A DNA stretch of 64,000 nucleotides from Naegleria gruberi. Its lineage: Eukaryota. The stretch lies in NCBI GenBank assembly GCA_000004985.1, contig GG738851.1, one strand, 5' to 3'. The stretch's first letter is position 1, and the number at the start of each line of letters is the position of its first letter. A program made the translations under genes and the position numbers. Shown here piece by piece: positions 44,845 through 53,875 of this stretch. The notes beneath the pieces were generated by a model that was given only the letters and a program-made list of their open reading frames with translations, had not been told where the DNA came from and made no database searches.

Positions 44845-47580
44845 ATGAAAAGAACAAGGGACGAATTTACCAACTCATCGTCGGACGATGAAGACACTTC
44901 TCAGCATGAAGATGATTCACCACCGACAAAGAAAGAGAAGGAAACTCCAAAATATCGTCCTCCAATTGGTGCACTCTTGGTTGCAGGTTACGGAGCATGT
45001 GAGGACGAATTTACAATTTTCACACTCGATCAAGCAGATGATTTGGAGAATACTAGAGGCAGATTCCCATATAGAGATTATAGAGATGCTTATGAAAGAA
45101 AGAAGGAGAGAAACATTCGGTCATGGACCGATAATTATGTGAAGAATGATGACGATCGTGATCGTGATGAATTGTCCTATTTACAAATTCCTAGTCAAAA
45201 TCTTATCAAGCAAATTCCGTGTGAAATTCTACTCGATTGCATGTTTTATATGGACAAGTATGCATTGTTTAATTTTATTCAAACATGCAGTTTAGTTTAT
45301 GAATTGTTTGATGAGGTTTATGGAGAAAGTATTGAACGGCTACGTCTTGATATTCTCAATAAGAAGAGGAGTGCTGGGAATTTGAATAGGTTGGTGGATT
45401 TATTCTCCAATTCATCAAGTTGGAATGAGAGTTTAGTTCAAGATTCGAATAAGAAAGTAATGATGACCTATGATCAATATTTTAGAATGAAGAGTTCAAG
45501 CAAGTGGCCAACTAGTTATTTTCACGATCATTTGAAGTTTAGAACATTTAAGAAGGATGATCCAATGATTGACCTAATCAACAATCAGGCACTTACAGAT
45601 TCTCTCAAATTTCAGGAAATGAGCTTTGAAGAGTATATCGATTTACAAAAAGATAGCACACCAATATTACCGTATGGATTACTCACTCAACCAGACACAT
45701 ACTATCTAACTTTTGACAATTTTGTAAAGAGAAGATGTTCATTACTAAATTTTGAGCAATTTGCATTGGAAGGTGATGATAGGTATAAATCATACATTGA
45801 TGGTTTATTGAAGGTGGAAACTGTCATCCTTCCTCATACGTATTCAGATCTTGAGGAAGTGAATGGTTCCTTGTCAGGTTACTCCTGGTATCCATACTTC
45901 ACAAAGTATCAAGATTATCATTTTTATATGGACAGTATTTCAGAAAAAAAAGATCTTCCAAAACGTTATGAAAAAATTGTCAGATTCTTTAAGAATCCTT
46001 ATGAAATGACATTTTCAGATTTTCAAGACAGATTCAAGAATGAAATTTTGAGAGATTATGAATTAGCAAGAATCTTATTTTATGATTGTGCATTTGAACA
46101 TAACAAAACAACCAAGACAAAGGAACGTTTTGTTATATCAGGAGGATCCCTTCTTCACACCTTGACTGGTTGTGGTTTCAGTGATTTTGATTTATTCATC
46201 ATTAATAATGGAGAATCAGACGAAATTATCACTCAAGCAATCAAACAAGTTTTATTGAAATTGGAAGGAAAAACTAAACATTTGAATTACAATATTATGA
46301 GTTCCAAAGCTACAATTAATATTTGTCAAGAAGGGAATGAAAACATTCAGATAGTATTATTGAAATATGATACCATTGAGGAATTGCTCTTATTTTTTGA
46401 TTTGGATTGTTGTAAACTGGTCTATGATGGAGAGAGAGTATTAACAGTTTTAGAATGTTTACGATCCCTCAAGTACAAGATTAATTTTATCCACAGAGAA
46501 TCAGGAGGAAAAAGTGAAGTCCACCATGAAAGAGCTTTAAAATATGGAAATAGAGGTTTCTTAACAATTGTTGCTGATTCCTTTCATCCTCTTTCTCATG
46601 TAATGCATTGTGATTTTATTGTAGAAAGAATTCGAAAGATACTCATTGAAAAGTATGCCAAACAAATGCAAAGTGAGGGAATTAACACTCGATACAATAA
46701 TCCAATGGTTGATTTGTTTATTGGTAGAAACAAAACAACTTCAGAAATTGCTACAGTAGACTTGGACGAATCTAATTTGCTCTATCCTGTCGTTTTGAAG
46801 AATATTTCATTTAAATTCGTGGAACAATGCTTGACAAATGGACTTCTCTTTGCCGTCAGAGAAATGGAAAGCGAAGTTGAGGCTGAGAAAGAAATGCTGA
46901 AACGTTTGAAACTGGACGAATATGAATTTGCGAAAAATCCATCAGATCTATTTCAAATTCTTCCAGAAAATCAAAATCTTGTGAAAGCCAAATATTCCTA
47001 TAGTCATTTAGTTTGCAAGTTTTCCATTGTTCATTGTCAAAACTGTTCTATTTACTTTTATTGCCCATTTGCTTCATCTGTGTTAAGGGAACAACGAAAA
47101 AAGGATAGTTGTAATGGACATTTGATACCATTTTTGGAAAATCAAGTTACAAAAGAAAATTACGATCCGAAAATTAACACACTTTGTCAATCTTGCTTGA
47201 ATCAATTGAATTGTTTGGAGAAATATGATGATTTCATTTTATATAAGGAATATAGAAATACAAGATTTGTGGAAAATCAAATAGAGACTAAAATAATTCA
47301 AACTATTTACAAAATTGAAAAGATTGAAAACCTTAAAGGAGTATCACAGGATAGAATACTTCATCTTTTATCAAAAACCTTTTCACTACCTGATTTGGAA
47401 TATACTTTGAAAATTTTGAAATTTAAAGAGCTTGTAATAAGCAGCCAAGAGGAAGACGAAATCAAGTTAACACTTCGCTCTTTATTACCAATCTGGTCAT
47501 ATAGCAACAAGATTGTGGTTCCAATCCCAATATCTGAAAAGAAACAAAAGGTTATTCTTGATTTCTTCAAGAAAAAGTGA
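44845..47580 (+). CDS. hypothetical large protein with an F-box-like motif
   Basis: A 911-aa ORF. IPCEILLDCMFYMDKYALFNFIQTCSLV is F-box-like. The N-terminus is acidic, and a Cys-rich segment (HCQNCSIYFYC) lies near the C-terminus. Confidence 0.45.
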   Translation: MKRTRDEFTNSSSDDEDTSQHEDDSPPTKKEKETPKYRPPIGALLVAGYGACEDEFTIFTLDQADDLENTRGRFPYRDYRDAYERKKERNIRSWTDNYVKNDDDRDRDELSYLQIPSQNLIKQIPCEILLDCMFYMDKYALFNFIQTCSLVYELFDEVYGESIERLRLDILNKKRSAGNLNRLVDLFSNSSSWNESLVQDSNKKVMMTYDQYFRMKSSSKWPTSYFHDHLKFRTFKKDDPMIDLINNQALTDSLKFQEMSFEEYIDLQKDSTPILPYGLLTQPDTYYLTFDNFVKRRCSLLNFEQFALEGDDRYKSYIDGLLKVETVILPHTYSDLEEVNGSLSGYSWYPYFTKYQDYHFYMDSISEKKDLPKRYEKIVRFFKNPYEMTFSDFQDRFKNEILRDYELARILFYDCAFEHNKTTKTKERFVISGGSLLHTLTGCGFSDFDLFIINNGESDEIITQAIKQVLLKLEGKTKHLNYNIMSSKATINICQEGNENIQIVLLKYDTIEELLLFFDLDCCKLVYDGERVLTVLECLRSLKYKINFIHRESGGKSEVHHERALKYGNRGFLTIVADSFHPLSHVMHCDFIVERIRKILIEKYAKQMQSEGINTRYNNPMVDLFIGRNKTTSEIATVDLDESNLLYPVVLKNISFKFVEQCLTNGLLFAVREMESEVEAEKEMLKRLKLDEYEFAKNPSDLFQILPENQNLVKAKYSYSHLVCKFSIVHCQNCSIYFYCPFASSVLREQRKKDSCNGHLIPFLENQVTKENYDPKINTLCQSCLNQLNCLEKYDDFILYKEYRNTRFVENQIETKIIQTIYKIEKIENLKGVSQDRILHLLSKTFSLPDLEYTLKILKFKELVISSQEEDEIKLTLRSLLPIWSYSNKIVVPIPISEKKQKVILDFFKKK

Positions 47581-47699
47581 AAATCCTTAATACATTGAAA
47601 TATGGTAATGTACAAAGCAGTGTGTATTAAAGGAAGTGAAATGTTATGGAGAGATGCCATAAATAACAAGGTTCAAGATTTTATTACATTTTTTCAATG

Positions 47700-47830
47700 T
47701 TTATACTGGAATGATTACAAACGATTCGTTTCTATCGCTAACACACATTGACATAACTTGTCAACAAGAACTACACACAACTTGACACAGCATGTGGTAC
47801 ACATTGATTGGCTTGTCATTAGTTGACCAA
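47700..47830. promoter_or_regulatory. cluster of TTGACA/TGTCAA palindromic half-sites upstream of the beta-helix gene
   Basis: TTGACATAACTTGTCAA (a perfect inverted repeat with a 5-bp spacer), ACTTGACACAG and CTTGTCATTAGTTGACC lie within 130 bp, about 60-180 bp upstream of the ATG at 47882. Confidence 0.3.
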
Positions 47831-47881
47831 CACAAAATGGGTGAACTGGACACTAATTTGTTGTGCTAAATAACAAAAAAA

Positions 47882-49723
47882 ATGAAACTGTTCGGTCTTG
47901 TTGTTATTTTACTAATTGTGTTCAGTCAACTGACCAATGGTTTAGATTATGTATCAATTTCTGACTATGGCGCCATCGCGGATGGTATCACAGATAACAC
48001 TGCATTCATTAGCAAGGCAATTTCTGATGCAAAGGCCAAGAATTTAACACGAGTTTATGTGCCTCCATCTTCCAAACCATATCTTCACAATAATTTAATT
48101 ATTCTTGATGGTATTTTGTTATATGGTGATGGATACTTGTCATGGTTGCATGGATCTAACACTGAAGCATCACCAATCAAATTGATTGGAAACAATTCAG
48201 GTGTTAAAAATCTTCGGTTGACCAGTATAGATCAGAACAGAAGAAGTGTTCCATGGGCCACAACTGTTTGGTGCTATTTTGCAACTAATTTTCTTGTAGA
48301 TAACATTTGGGCTGAACCAATGGATGGAAAAGGTTACACTTACAATACAACACTTGTTCATGGAGTTGGTGGAATTTTCATTTATGGTTGTGAAAATGGA
48401 ACCGTTTCGAATAACAATTTGAATTATACATATGCTGACAGTATTCACAATACTCACACTACCAAATCAGTCCAAATTTTCAATAATATGATTGAGAATA
48501 GTGGAGATGACGGTATTGCTTCTGTTTCTTATAATGGAAATGAAATTAACCGAAACTTGGTTATTTTCAAAAACTATGTCAAGGGCAATAGATGGGGAAG
48601 AGGTATTACAAACATTGGAGGTGATCAAATCATTATTGAGGATAATACAGTTGAAGCTGGAACTGCTGCAGCAATTTGGTTGGCAGCTGAATATTATTAC
48701 AATACTCTATCTCCTTCCAATACGATTGTTAGAAGAAACAAAGTAATAAGAGCAGGATCAGCTGATGGGAAATGTTATGGGCCTAATACGATTCCATCTA
48801 TGGGTATTAATAATTCTAATTTTCCATTTAAGGCAAATAATATTCAATTTGTGGACAATGTAGTTATGGACTCATGTTTGGATGGAATTGTAATTGGTGG
48901 AACTGATGTCAAGAACGTTGCCATTGCTGGAAACACATTCATTAACCAAAGAGCTGGTGCATTCTTCACAACAAGTAATTCCTCTCAAATTTTCTTCCTC
49001 AACAATCGTGTAGAAAATTCGAGTATCAACTCTATTGTTACCATCAATTATCAAGATACCTTAATCATTGATGGAAATACTCTCGTCAATGCCATTACAA
49101 ATATGCAAGGCAGAACACAAGTTGTCTATATCATTAAGGCAGGTCGAGTTCAATTTACAAATAATAGATATTCACAATATGTTCCAACTGGATCCAATAC
49201 AATAATTCAATTAGGATCTGCTGATTCAGTTGTTAATGATGATAGCGACTCGAAGCTTTCAACTAAGGTACCAAGTAATGTTGCTTCCTTTGCCATTCCA
49301 ACAATTCAGGATTTGGAATTTAATTTTACAACTAATGGAAATGTTGTAACAGTGACAGAATCTCAAATTCTCTCCAAACTTTCATTGGATTCTTCATTGT
49401 TTTCTCTATTAGTTGGATTTTCTGGTGTTGGTGGAAAGGTTGATACCAGTTTCGATAGAAAAACCATGACATTTAGTTTTTCAAATGATTTGAAAAGTGG
49501 CACTTTCAAATATTCAGTTCAATCTGTATTGGAATCTTCTGCTCAAACAGCTAATATTAGAGTGAATAGAATTGCAATTCCAATAGTTGCAGAATCGTCA
49601 AAGCCAAAACCAAAACCTTCTTCAAGTTACATTAATAAGGCAGTCTCTGATGGAAGTACTATTTGTTTTGCTCACCAATTGATTGTAATTGTACTCAGTT
49701 TTATGCTTGTATTACTCTTTTAA
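47882..49723 (+). CDS. secreted right-handed beta-helix protein (pectate-lyase-3 / GH55-like), likely GPI-anchored
   Basis: Signal peptide, then DYVSISDYGAIADGITDNTAFISKAI. Many beta-helix repeats follow (NNLNYTYADSIHNT..., VKGNRWGRGITNIGG...). The C-terminal tail is hydrophobic. Confidence 0.7.
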   Translation: MKLFGLVVILLIVFSQLTNGLDYVSISDYGAIADGITDNTAFISKAISDAKAKNLTRVYVPPSSKPYLHNNLIILDGILLYGDGYLSWLHGSNTEASPIKLIGNNSGVKNLRLTSIDQNRRSVPWATTVWCYFATNFLVDNIWAEPMDGKGYTYNTTLVHGVGGIFIYGCENGTVSNNNLNYTYADSIHNTHTTKSVQIFNNMIENSGDDGIASVSYNGNEINRNLVIFKNYVKGNRWGRGITNIGGDQIIIEDNTVEAGTAAAIWLAAEYYYNTLSPSNTIVRRNKVIRAGSADGKCYGPNTIPSMGINNSNFPFKANNIQFVDNVVMDSCLDGIVIGGTDVKNVAIAGNTFINQRAGAFFTTSNSSQIFFLNNRVENSSINSIVTINYQDTLIIDGNTLVNAITNMQGRTQVVYIIKAGRVQFTNNRYSQYVPTGSNTIIQLGSADSVVNDDSDSKLSTKVPSNVASFAIPTIQDLEFNFTTNGNVVTVTESQILSKLSLDSSLFSLLVGFSGVGGKVDTSFDRKTMTFSFSNDLKSGTFKYSVQSVLESSAQTANIRVNRIAIPIVAESSKPKPKPSSSYINKAVSDGSTICFAHQLIVIVLSFMLVLLF

Positions 49724-49779
49724 AAACAAATCATTTAGATAATTCTAAACATTAGAATAAAAAAACAAATCATTTATGA

Positions 49780-50577
49780 TTATTCCCAAACTCTTTGATT
49801 TTTCAATAGACAACACAGAACCAATTCATGTCCAAATGGTTTGGATGTATCTTCAAAACATTCTTTCAATGTTTTACCATCATAATTGTATCCATCAAAT
49901 CCAAGAATTTGAATATTCATTCCACTATTGACCATTTCTTCCAGTTTCTTATAAGCTTCAGTTTCGACAACTTTCTCAGCATAAAGTGGACAATAAATTT
50001 TCCTTCTAGCTTGCATATAATTAAATTTCTCTCCCTTCCACCATGAATACAATGGTTTCTCCCTCTTTACATGTCTATGAGCTTTCTCATCCTTCCATCC
50101 TTTTGTTCTTCTTTCAAAAAACTCAGAATTTGGAACTTTGGTCAATTGACCATTATCATTTCTAACTTGTTCCTCTTCTCCTGGAAATACCTTTGAAAAT
50201 TGCCATAAATTCTCCAAATTTGTAATTGTACACTTCTCACTTCCATGTTCATATTCATATGGGCCTAATTTCATTGGTGACAATTCCTTGAATATTCCAC
50301 TAGCTCCAGAACAACAATTTACATTCTTGTAACCTGTCACGATTGGCCACTTTTTATTTCCCTTTGAGAAACGACCTGGTAATTTATCGCAACGAACATC
50401 TCCTTTGGAATTTCTCTTCTTATTCAATTCTTGTTGTTTCTTGACGGATTGATCGTGTTGTTTCTTTGCTTGTTTTTCTAGATCTTGTTCGGTGATTTCA
50501 ATGACTTCATTCTTTTTCTTCTGTTTGATGGTTTGCTTTTTCTTTGTTGTGTTGTTACTGGTTGATTGTTTGCCCAT
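49780..50577 (-). CDS. hypothetical basic protein
   Basis: A 265-aa ORF with a K-rich N-terminus. The C-terminal GKTLKECF...PFGHELVLCC is weakly DUF4326-like. Confidence 0.4.
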   Translation of the reverse strand: MGKQSTSNNTTKKKQTIKQKKKNEVIEITEQDLEKQAKKQHDQSVKKQQELNKKRNSKGDVRCDKLPGRFSKGNKKWPIVTGYKNVNCCSGASGIFKELSPMKLGPYEYEHGSEKCTITNLENLWQFSKVFPGEEEQVRNDNGQLTKVPNSEFFERRTKGWKDEKAHRHVKREKPLYSWWKGEKFNYMQARRKIYCPLYAEKVVETEAYKKLEEMVNSGMNIQILGFDGYNYDGKTLKECFEDTSKPFGHELVLCCLLKNQRVWE

Positions 50578-50703
50578 TTTTTTTTGAATATTAATTATTA
50601 ACTAAATGAAAAACTTTGATTTCCATTTATTACTGGAAGTGCAAATTCACCAACTTCAATCAACACAAACATTTTGAACACCGTGTTCTATTTTATAGAA
50701 AAA

Positions 50704-51618
50704 TTAATTCTGTCCATAAACATTAATATCTCTAAAGGTAATATTAAGTCTGGCCGATAACACTCCCTTTCTCTTTGGTACACAATGTTGATAGTGTTTC
50801 TGAGTGGCTCCATTCATAATCAATAAACATCCATTCTCCAATGATTTTGTAATAATTTCACCCTTCTTTTGAATTGGTGATTGAGTTGTATTCGATGAGT
50901 TGGTGTTTTGTTTTGGCATGGGTCTTAATTGAAAATCTCTACTCGCTCCCAATGAAACAGAAGCAATTGAAAAGCCACTTGCTTCTCTATCAGCATGCCA
51001 TCCAATCAGATCATCCCCATCATCATAACGATTAATCAATGCAGCTTCATATTTTTCTCCAATCAATTCTTCCAATCTCTTTTTCAAGTTGAGTAATGGC
51101 TCTGGCCAATCTCTTTGGAGTTTTACCATATCATTATAAACTCGAGAAACACTTCCATCATTTGTATCAACAACAGAATCAGTCTCATTCCTAGTAATGG
51201 GTTTACCAAAGAATGCAACCTTTCTCTTTGAAACAACATCCTTTCCATACATGTTATATTTGGGACTAGTCCACTCACACTTCTCCATCAGACAATCAAA
51301 TAATTCCTTCGATTCCCGTTGGGAGAGAAATCTTTCCATATATCTGACCTGTACTCCAGTATCCTTCTCATTCAGAATAAAGGTAAACTCCTGATTCCGA
51401 TGATGATGAAGATTCTTCTTCTTCAATTCAAATTTCTGTTCATTATTTTCATTCAAAATTATTTCTTCCTCATCATTGATGAGAATTGGATTTTCCGCAC
51501 TCGATGTTAACAGTTCTCTTGATTCTTGCTTGATTTTCTTGGGTGAGGCATTGAAGAAATCGGTGATTGACTTTCTTTTCATTTTTTTTTGAATAGTTCT
51601 AGCCGTCACTCGAACCAT
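50704..51618 (-). CDS. AlkB-family 2OG-Fe(II) dioxygenase (ALKBH2-like) with an N-terminal PIP box
   Basis: PIP-like RKSITDFF. Iron-binding motifs: GWHADRE (HxD), QKHYQH (second His) and RLNITFR. Confidence 0.8.
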   Translation of the reverse strand: MVRVTARTIQKKMKRKSITDFFNASPKKIKQESRELLTSSAENPILINDEEEIILNENNEQKFELKKKNLHHHRNQEFTFILNEKDTGVQVRYMERFLSQRESKELFDCLMEKCEWTSPKYNMYGKDVVSKRKVAFFGKPITRNETDSVVDTNDGSVSRVYNDMVKLQRDWPEPLLNLKKRLEELIGEKYEAALINRYDDGDDLIGWHADREASGFSIASVSLGASRDFQLRPMPKQNTNSSNTTQSPIQKKGEIITKSLENGCLLIMNGATQKHYQHCVPKRKGVLSARLNITFRDINVYGQN

Positions 51619-51749
51619 TGTATTTTCTAGAAACTATGCTTCAGTGGAGAGCTGCTTATAAGCATCTACAATGAAAATAAACCCAACACGTTTATCTATT
51701 TTCCACTAATAGGTATATTAGTTATGATTAAGATTTTACCTCAATGAAT

Positions 51750-51867
51750 GGCTACGGCCATATCACGATGAATGCACCTCATCCCGTCCGATTTGAGAAG
51801 TTAAGCATCGTCGAGCCACATCAGTACTGAGGTTGGAGACAACTTGGGAACCTGTGGTGCTGTAGTC
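51750..51867 (+). rRNA. 5S rRNA gene, copy B
   Basis: Identical over 118 nt to the reverse complement of 14759-14877. Followed by TTTTT. Confidence 0.9.
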
Positions 51868-51872
51868 TTTTT
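51868..51872 (+). terminator. Pol III T-run terminator after 5S copy B
   Basis: TTTTT lies immediately 3' of the gene. Confidence 0.5.
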
Positions 51873-52055
51873 ATCTTTCAGTCTATGCCAATTTCATTTA
51901 TGATCAAGTTTAAGAAATTTACAATTAGTTCATGTCGACAATCTGTGTAAAGACGCTGAAAGATCATTCGAAAAAAATGAGCAAACGAAAAAGACAAGAT
52001 TTGGAAAATCATCAATTAATTAATTATTCGGAGGAAATTCACTAACAATACTATT

Positions 52056-52304
52056 GTGGAAGAGAAATCAAAAGTTGCGAAACAGATATTTTCAGATGAT
52101 ATTTGTTTTGAAATAATTTCCATGCTTGATGATTCGTGGTTTATTTTAAATAATTGTTCTTTAATTTCAAAACAATTCTTTAATGTGATCAAGGAACGTT
52201 CAAAACTTGTTATTCAATTTAAAACAAAATTTACAAAGAAAAGAATTAAATTATTCATGAAAAGTCAATTTATGAATAGTATGGTTAATGTTAAATTTGC
52301 TTGA
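52056..52304 (+). CDS. F-box-like N-terminal ORF, probably part of the downstream LRR gene
   Basis: DICFEIISMLDDSWFILNNCSLISKQFFNVIKE is F-box-like. It is in frame +2 relative to the LRR ORF and overlaps it. Confidence 0.35.
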   Translation: MEEKSKVAKQIFSDDICFEIISMLDDSWFILNNCSLISKQFFNVIKERSKLVIQFKTKFTKKRIKLFMKSQFMNSMVNVKFA

Positions 52305-52764
52305 CTCGAGAGAAAAAGCCAAATTCATCAGTGAAATGAAACAATTATCATCACTGAATGTTTATAACAATGAAATTGGTTGCGAAGGAGCCAAATATAT
52401 AAGTGAAATGCAACAATTAACATCAGTTGATATTTATTACAATGAAATTGGTGATGAAGGAGTCAAATATATCAGTGAAATGAAACAATTATCATCACTT
52501 AATGTTTATAACAATGAAATTGGTGATGAAGGAGTCAAATACATCAGTGAAATGAAACAATTAACATCACTTAATATTCCTGACAATCGAATTAGTGTTG
52601 AAGGAGTCAAATATATCAGTGAAATGAAACAATTAACATCACTTGATATTTCTTATAATGAAATTGGTGATGAAGGAGTCAAATATATCAGTGAAATGAA
52701 ACAATTATCATCACTTAATATTTCTTACAATGAAATTGAATTTTGGCAGGGGGGCGGAAAGTGA
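52288..52764 (+). CDS. leucine-rich repeat protein (RNI-like 24-aa repeats)
   Basis: Six or more repeats of ISEMKQLTSLxIxxNEIGDEGVKY. The last five codons and the stop come from the inserted element. Confidence 0.7.
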   Translation: MLNLLDSREKAKFISEMKQLSSLNVYNNEIGCEGAKYISEMQQLTSVDIYYNEIGDEGVKYISEMKQLSSLNVYNNEIGDEGVKYISEMKQLTSLNIPDNRISVEGVKYISEMKQLTSLDISYNEIGDEGVKYISEMKQLSSLNISYNEIEFWQGGGK

Positions 52765-53684
52765 AGAAAAATGATGAGAAAGGAAAAAATAAACAAAAAA
52801 ACAACCAGTTTAATTTTCTGAACAACCAAAACCAAAGCCATGTTTCAGACCTTGTAAAGTAACTTTCTGATTATTAGCCAGAAATGCTTAAGAATCAACT
52901 TTTTCGTAACTCCACAAACAGTACAGCAAAAGGGTTTTGCCATTTTTTGGAAGTTTTTTGTAAATAAAAATGCATAATAATTGTGATTGAGATTAAACAT
53001 TATTATCTGCCACATCGAAGAAACAATTCCAACCTTTGATATTTGGAATATATCATTACTACATGAATTATCGCGATTTGACAGAAGCTATTTTTTATTT
53101 TTTGCTTCTATCTTAAGAACGAAAGTTAGCCATCACACTCATTCAATTTCATACCAAAACCAAGCGTACACAGAGAGTTCAAAAAATCCTCCAGCCACAA
53201 CGAAGGAATCTTTTAAAGGTGTCATGTGTTCAATTATTGAACTTTATGAAATTTAAAAGTAACTGAGAGAAGCTATTTTTTTATTTCATCGTATTTATTT
53301 TTTTTAATACTTCCTAAATAGTGCATGTGTTTTTAGCTTAAAATTTAATTCTGAAAATATGCTGTTTACGATAAATACTTCACAGAAATGAAAAATTCCA
53401 AGATGAGAAATATATATATTGGTACTGAAATGTCTTCAAATTGCTAAAGTTTTGGGAAACATCATCCTCGACCCTGAGAGTATCTATGTGAATAAATTCT
53501 AGACAACAAGACGTGAATATGTGAATTAAAATCGATATTGTGAAACTTCACCTGTTTATAGAACTGTAACAGATTATTGGATGTATAGAGTTGTATATTT
53601 ATTGAAAAAACATATATCGACTTGGAACCACTTTGACAATTCTCAACATTTTCGCTCGGCTGATACCAACTTTCCGCCCCCCTG
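52747..53684. mobile_element. hAT-like non-autonomous DNA transposon (MITE), 938 bp, with a perfect 16-bp TIR (CAGGGGGGCGGAAAGT...ACTTTCCGCCCCCCTG) and an 8-bp TSD (AATTTTGG at 52739-52746 and 53685-53692)
   Basis: The TIR and TSD are exact in the sequence. The CAG terminus and the 8-bp duplication are hallmarks of the hAT superfamily. No transposase ORF is present. Confidence 0.8.
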
Positions 53685-53875
53685 AATTTTGGTAAGGGGT
53701 TTGTAGTCCTCTCCCGCCAAGTTTAATCCACTTTTCACTAGCAAATAAAATGCCAGAAATTCACTGATAATCCACCTGCTGGTGGAAAAGCGTATTCTGC
53801 TTTAAATAACTCTCTGCGTTCTTGGTCCAATTTTCCAACAACAAAAAACAACAATAATAATTATTATTAACAGAA

